Origin: an uncultured Candidatus Babeliaceae bacterium
GTDB lineage: Bacteria > Babelota > Babeliae > Babelales > Babelaceae
Assembly: GCA_963704655.1 (NCBI GenBank)
Contig: OY969927.1
Span: 1,184,001-1,248,000 of the forward strand
Length of the DNA stretch: 64,000 nucleotides
Direction: 5' to 3'
Below the pieces are notes generated by a model. The model did no database searches. It saw only the letters and a program-made list of their open reading frames with translations, and had not been told where the DNA came from. Below are positions 59,620 to 64,000 of this stretch, piece by piece. Made by a program: the position numbers and the translations under genes. How positions within the stretch are numbered: position 1 is the stretch's first letter; the number at the start of each line of letters is the position of its first letter.

Positions 59620-60417
59620 TTATCTTTTTGAACGTTTTGTTTTGGCATGCAATGGCACTGTTTCAATGCTTTTGCGCAGCTGATCTGAAAGCGTGGGCTT
59701 TTTGCGCGCAATTTTTTTAACTGGTGCAGTAGCTTTTGCTGTTTTCTTTTTACTTTTAGCTTTTAAAAGAGCTTTAATTTCTTGGGCAAACGTATCTTTA
59801 AATTTTGTTATATCAAATTTCTTTACTGATAACGTGTTGATAAGTTGCTCTGCTAGTTTTAATTCCTGCGCATTATATTTTGGCACGGGTGAAGCGGGGA
59901 CATCAAGAGCCTTTATTTCATAAGAATAGTGTAACGTGGTGAGCAGTAAATAATTTTCATGCGGGCGTATTGCGCAGGTGTATTCTTTGTCGTGCATAAT
60001 AAATCTGCCTATGGCAATTTTATCTAATTTTTCTAATGCCTTTAAAAATAATGCATAGCCATTATTACCGCTTCTTGCTGGCGCAATATAATAATGGTGG
60101 TTCATGTACAAGTCATTTAGCTGATCAGCTTCAATAAATTCTACAATGTTAAGTGTCTCTGTTGTTTCTGGACGCAATTTTTTGAGCATATCTTGACTCA
60201 GAATTAAAAAACCTTTTGATGTTTTAAACCCTTTGACGGTGTCATTCCAGACAACTTCTTTTTGGCACTTTGGGCACCAGCGATGATATTCTAATGGCGT
60301 TTGGCACGTTGCATGCAACATAGTAAACCCTAATGCATGTTCTTGTATTGCCGGGTAAAGTTTAATGGGAATCGAAACTAACCCGAAAGACAGTGAACCT
60401 TGCCAAATTATTTTCAT
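59620..60417 (-). CDS. ku: Ku protein (NHEJ)
   Basis: IWQGSLSFGLVSIPIKLY, VKGF, ELKLAEQLI, basic tail. Confidence 0.95.
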   Translation of the reverse strand: MKIIWQGSLSFGLVSIPIKLYPAIQEHALGFTMLHATCQTPLEYHRWCPKCQKEVVWNDTVKGFKTSKGFLILSQDMLKKLRPETTETLNIVEFIEADQLNDLYMNHHYYIAPARSGNNGYALFLKALEKLDKIAIGRFIMHDKEYTCAIRPHENYLLLTTLHYSYEIKALDVPASPVPKYNAQELKLAEQLINTLSVKKFDITKFKDTFAQEIKALLKAKSKKKTAKATAPVKKIARKKPTLSDQLRKSIETVPLHAKTKRSKR

Positions 60418-60490
60418 GAAAATCCTCTTTTATATATTTCTAGCATACGGTACAATTCCTATGCTATAAAAAAATTAAAAATGGATTTTT

Positions 60491-60910
60491 ATGTCGAAAC
60501 CAATCTTTGTTATTCAAGAACATCACGCGAGTCATTTACATTACGATTTTCGTCTCGAAATGGACGGTGCATTACGTTCATGGGCGGTGCCAAAAACGCC
60601 CACCGCAGAGCCTGATATTAAAAGACTTGCCGTGCTCACAACGGACCATCCGCTTGAATATGCAACTTTCCAAGGTGTTATTGAAGAAGGTTACGGTGCC
60701 GGCACGGTCAAGATTTGGGACCACGGCACGTATGACAATATTACGCATCATGAGGGCAAACTTATTTCGATGGACCAAGCCTTTGAAGATGGGCGCATTA
60801 AAATTAATTTGCACGGCAAAAAATTAAAAGGCGCATTTGCCCTTATTCGATTTCACAATAACGACAAGAATTGGCTCTTGATGAAAATCGATGATAAATA
60901 TGCAGAGTAA
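60491..60910 (+). CDS. Stand-alone LigD 3'-phosphoesterase domain
   Basis: FVIQEHHASHLHYDFRLE, SWAVPK, DHPLEY, GAGTVKIWDHG. Confidence 0.93.
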   Translation: MSKPIFVIQEHHASHLHYDFRLEMDGALRSWAVPKTPTAEPDIKRLAVLTTDHPLEYATFQGVIEEGYGAGTVKIWDHGTYDNITHHEGKLISMDQAFEDGRIKINLHGKKLKGAFALIRFHNNDKNWLLMKIDDKYAE

Positions 60911-60924
60911 TAAAAAGCTTAACG

Positions 60925-62769
60925 TTACACAGCTTTTTTAAGAGCCACTTGTTTAATAGCCTCTTTTATTATCTCTTTGCTAGCTATCACCGTATATTCA
61001 GTTAATCCGCTTAACTGCATTACTTGGTCATCGGTATATTTAAAGTTATTGGTGCTGGTATAGTTTTTACTGTCTTTAGGGTCCAAGTACCAACCATTTT
61101 GATATCCTGGATTTGCGATAACCGGTACATAGATAATTGTTGGTGTTCCAGTTTTTGGATCGCCATAATGGACCGAGCAGTTATTTTTGGTAGCGTTATA
61201 ATCGATAGTCGGGAATTTGAGGTTATTTTTTTGAGCATATTTTTCTGCAAGTTTTAATTGCGCAGCAGGGTTTACTATGTTGCTTGCAGATGCATCAAGC
61301 ACAATAATAATATCAACAGCTCTTTCTGGACGTAATAATGGCGGCAGTGGAAGATTAAAATCAAGCCCAGCATCAATAAGTTCAAATTTTGGCAAATCAG
61401 AAAGCGGTGCGCCGTTAATGCCGAATGTCCAGTTAAAAATATCTGGTGCCGCTATCCGTTTTCCGGTAATAGCAGAGCCTTTTAAGGCGCTTAAAACTTC
61501 TTTTGGTGCAACTTTGCCAAACTTATCATTAATAAACTCTTCTACGTTTACCGCAATTGCCGATCCCCATATCCCCATGCAAAAGCTTAAAGGTTGCGCT
61601 GGCGGATATATAGAATAACTTTGTTTGCTTGATGCGCCTTTTTCAAATTTTCTACCAAACGCCCACACGGGAATAGATGCATTAAGGTACGTGCTACCAA
61701 CTTCATAGGGGGTAAATTCTACCCATGGTTTAGCATCTTGCATGCTTGGTGAGGTAATTACCGCAGTAAAAATTGGAAATGGGTTTCGTGACGGACTCAT
61801 TTTTTCGGTTAAATCTGCAATAGTAAATTTGCCTGAGTTTGGAAGAAGAACTTTTTGTGCTATTAAAGAACCCCAAATATCGATAGGTGAAATGGGAATA
61901 TTAAAAGAAAGGTTATTTAATAACGCGTTACTTATTTGTAAAACATCAACATCACTTTTTATATCTACTGATAATTTCCCATAAAGATCATGCAAAAAAG
62001 AATCTATGCTTTTACCCGACTGGAGCCAACCTGACATTGCCCATGTTGAGCCAGAAAGGCCCGCCTGATATGTGAGCGCATTAAGAAGCCCAATTTTATC
62101 TGCGCCATTTATAAAACCTGCTGTGGTTATCATGGCGCGATATCCGCCGCCACTGCAACAAATAGCAATGCGTGGCAGATCAGATGTTTTTATGGGGGTT
62201 TCTACTAATGTGTTTAAGGCTTTTTCAGTTATTGCCGCACGTTGTTGCACATACTGTAGCTCTTGTGGGGATAGACTGTTACCTTGGCGCACTTGTGCAT
62301 CTTTTGTTACATAGGGTGCTTTTACTAATGTGCCACGATTTATTTCATAGACAGAACTTTTAATTGCTTCAACTACCGGACGACTTAACCAGGTGACGGT
62401 ATTATATCCATCTAATTCTTTGCGTTCGTTTTCTGCAATATAAAAATCACTTCCGCGCGTGCTTCCCAAATTTACAAAATGGCGATCACCCTTATGTATC
62501 GTGTTAGGAAAATCTTGTGTATAGGCAAAATAAAGATCGCGGTCATAGGTGCCCCCAACATAAAGTTTCAAGTCTGGCCGTTCAATGCTTTTTGTTTGGC
62601 CGGCAGCTATTAAAAAGGGCTCACTATTTTGCATACGTTCGCTGGTTACACCTTTGGTATAATAAAAAGCAGCATAGACATCTTTGTCTGTTTTATTAGC
62701 GATATTTATTTTGTCTGCATTAAGAGTAAAAGATAAAGCTATAAACGATATACTTATAATTTTTTTCAT
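60925..62769 (-). CDS. Exported cPLA2 / phospholipase B-like lipase
   Basis: CSGGGYRA, GLSGSTW (catalytic Ser), PFPIFTAV, WVEFTPYEVG, LIDAGLDFNLP (catalytic Asp), RAVDIII. Confidence 0.92.
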   Translation of the reverse strand: MKKIISISFIALSFTLNADKINIANKTDKDVYAAFYYTKGVTSERMQNSEPFLIAAGQTKSIERPDLKLYVGGTYDRDLYFAYTQDFPNTIHKGDRHFVNLGSTRGSDFYIAENERKELDGYNTVTWLSRPVVEAIKSSVYEINRGTLVKAPYVTKDAQVRQGNSLSPQELQYVQQRAAITEKALNTLVETPIKTSDLPRIAICCSGGGYRAMITTAGFINGADKIGLLNALTYQAGLSGSTWAMSGWLQSGKSIDSFLHDLYGKLSVDIKSDVDVLQISNALLNNLSFNIPISPIDIWGSLIAQKVLLPNSGKFTIADLTEKMSPSRNPFPIFTAVITSPSMQDAKPWVEFTPYEVGSTYLNASIPVWAFGRKFEKGASSKQSYSIYPPAQPLSFCMGIWGSAIAVNVEEFINDKFGKVAPKEVLSALKGSAITGKRIAAPDIFNWTFGINGAPLSDLPKFELIDAGLDFNLPLPPLLRPERAVDIIIVLDASASNIVNPAAQLKLAEKYAQKNNLKFPTIDYNATKNNCSVHYGDPKTGTPTIIYVPVIANPGYQNGWYLDPKDSKNYTSTNNFKYTDDQVMQLSGLTEYTVIASKEIIKEAIKQVALKKAV

Positions 62770-62874
62770 AACATCCCCCTGTATTTATATATAATTGTAT
62801 ATTTGGAAATGTTTGAAATGCAAGAAAAGCGATAAAAAGAATAAGATATCTTATCAAAGTGGCATGAATTAATT

Positions 62875-63417
62875 CTAATTATGTATACTTTTTAAAAATT
62901 TTCTTATTGTTGCGGTGGCTTTCTTATAAGGAGCGACGGTATTAATGGTAACCCATTTACTTAATGGCCATTGTTTGCCCGATTTGAGGGTGCACCATGG
63001 CCAAACGCCAAGCTTATCCAGATTACCTATTTGATACTCAGATTCAACTATTTTAATGATTTCTGTTACAAGATTATGTAGCTCTTGTTCTTGCTGCGCA
63101 TTATGTGTGTAGCGGTACTTAGAATAAAAATGTTTTGCAAGTCCCGCGTAATCCCACGTTGAAAAACCTTCGCCGGGCATAACAGGCATGATATTTTCTT
63201 GTCCGGCATGGTACCAGTTCAGCAGTAATTTCCCCCAGCCAATTTGATAGGCAATAATATCATGAACACTTACAGGGCCACCAGTGCCTTCTATGGTTTT
63301 TACATCTCTTTTTAGTAACGGCACTTGCTCCAGCACCGTTACTAATTTATGGTATTCGGTGTTAATGCTTTGAGCTAAAGGGGACTTAAGAATAGAATTA
63401 TTTAAGCTTATTGCCAT
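62875..63417 (-). CDS. ClbS/DfsB (DUF1706, DinB-like) family protein
   Basis: DIIAYQIGWG, PGEGFSTW, WPLSKWVTINTVAPY. Confidence 0.85.
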   Translation of the reverse strand: MAISLNNSILKSPLAQSINTEYHKLVTVLEQVPLLKRDVKTIEGTGGPVSVHDIIAYQIGWGKLLLNWYHAGQENIMPVMPGEGFSTWDYAGLAKHFYSKYRYTHNAQQEQELHNLVTEIIKIVESEYQIGNLDKLGVWPWCTLKSGKQWPLSKWVTINTVAPYKKATATIRKFLKSIHN

Positions 63418-63736
63418 TTGGTACATCGCCATTAAAAGTTACAAGTTGTATGGCTCCAGAAGCGTCTTCTAGCCCAAGCAACAGGAATTCAGAAGTAAAG
63501 CCAGCAATGTTTTTTGTGCCGACATTAGTAAGTCCCAATACACGCATGTTCACAAGCGTTTCGGGTGTATAGTGGTGCGTTACTTGTGCAGATGTTTTTA
63601 ATATGCCAATCTCCGGGCCAAAGTCTACCCAGATTTTATAAGCAGGTTTTCGTGCTTGTGGGAAAAGCTCACTTTTAATAATTGTCCCCGCGCGAATATC
63701 TATTTTTTCAAAATCATGAAATGTTAGGTTTGTCAT
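63398..63736 (-). CDS. csaA: CsaA/Trbp111-type tRNA-binding, export-related chaperone
   Basis: DFEKIDIRAGTI, ARKPAYKIWVDFG, SAQVT, SEFLLLG. Confidence 0.9.
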   Translation of the reverse strand: MTNLTFHDFEKIDIRAGTIIKSELFPQARKPAYKIWVDFGPEIGILKTSAQVTHHYTPETLVNMRVLGLTNVGTKNIAGFTSEFLLLGLEDASGAIQLVTFNGDVPNGNKLK

Positions 63737-63762
63737 AACTATACCTATATATAATTCGCGCT

Positions 63763-64000
63763 TTAAGAGATTAGTTTATGTCTTCTTAATAACTGGTAAG
63801 CCGCATGATTTGGATCTTTGATATGCTGCTCTACGTGCGTAAGTAATTTTTTATCGTATGGCTCGCACCCTTGGCAAACGTTTTTAACGCATATCAGTAT
63901 AGCCCTTTGACTGCCTAGCTTGTAGGCAAGATCAAAAAATTTTAATGCTGGGTCGCGGTAGTAAAAAATACTTTTTGGATCATCATAATGATTTTGGTAC
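63763..64000 (-). CDS. 3' end of a hypothetical protein (Sel1-like), start outside the window
   Basis: Open frame ...YYRDPALKFFDLAYKLGSQRA...LLRRHKLIS-stop. Confidence 0.6.
   Translation of the reverse strand, partial: YQNHYDDPKSIFYYRDPALKFFDLAYKLGSQRAILICVKNVCQGCEPYDKKLLTHVEQHIKDPNHAAYQLLRRHKLIS

Overview
AT-rich bacterial DNA read with genetic code 11. Its gene content suggests a host-dependent, probably protist-infecting bacterium such as Candidatus Dependentiae (TM6/Babelota); this assignment is inferred, not tested. Housekeeping genes are a CNNM/CBS protein, rpoD, dnaG, lgt, mnmG, a polar amino-acid ABC transporter, a HerA-like ATPase, atpD-atpC, lon, tyrS, ku with a stand-alone LigD phosphoesterase, and csaA. 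Between them lie about 40 short genes with signal peptides, many with eukaryote-like domains (WD40, ankyrin, TPR/Sel1, HDAC11-like deacetylase, cPLA2-like lipase, delta-60 propeller). I saw no rRNA, tRNA, CRISPR array or transposase. Main observations: (1) a palindromic repeat family with covarying stems (16 units at 12 loci) has been absorbed in frame into dnaG, mnmG and lon, and one copy hosts a nested element. (2) The candidate exported proteins appear tailored to a eukaryotic host: C-terminal CaaX/Cxxx motifs, F-box-like plus WD40 proteins with a shared C-terminal motif, and a recurrent Met-(D/E/N) directly after the predicted signal-peptide cleavage site. (3) Single accessory genes are bracketed by duplicated terminator/promoter blocks or share leader modules, which suggests cassette-like expansion. 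Two frame disruptions (rpoD and 35860-36595) may be consensus errors.
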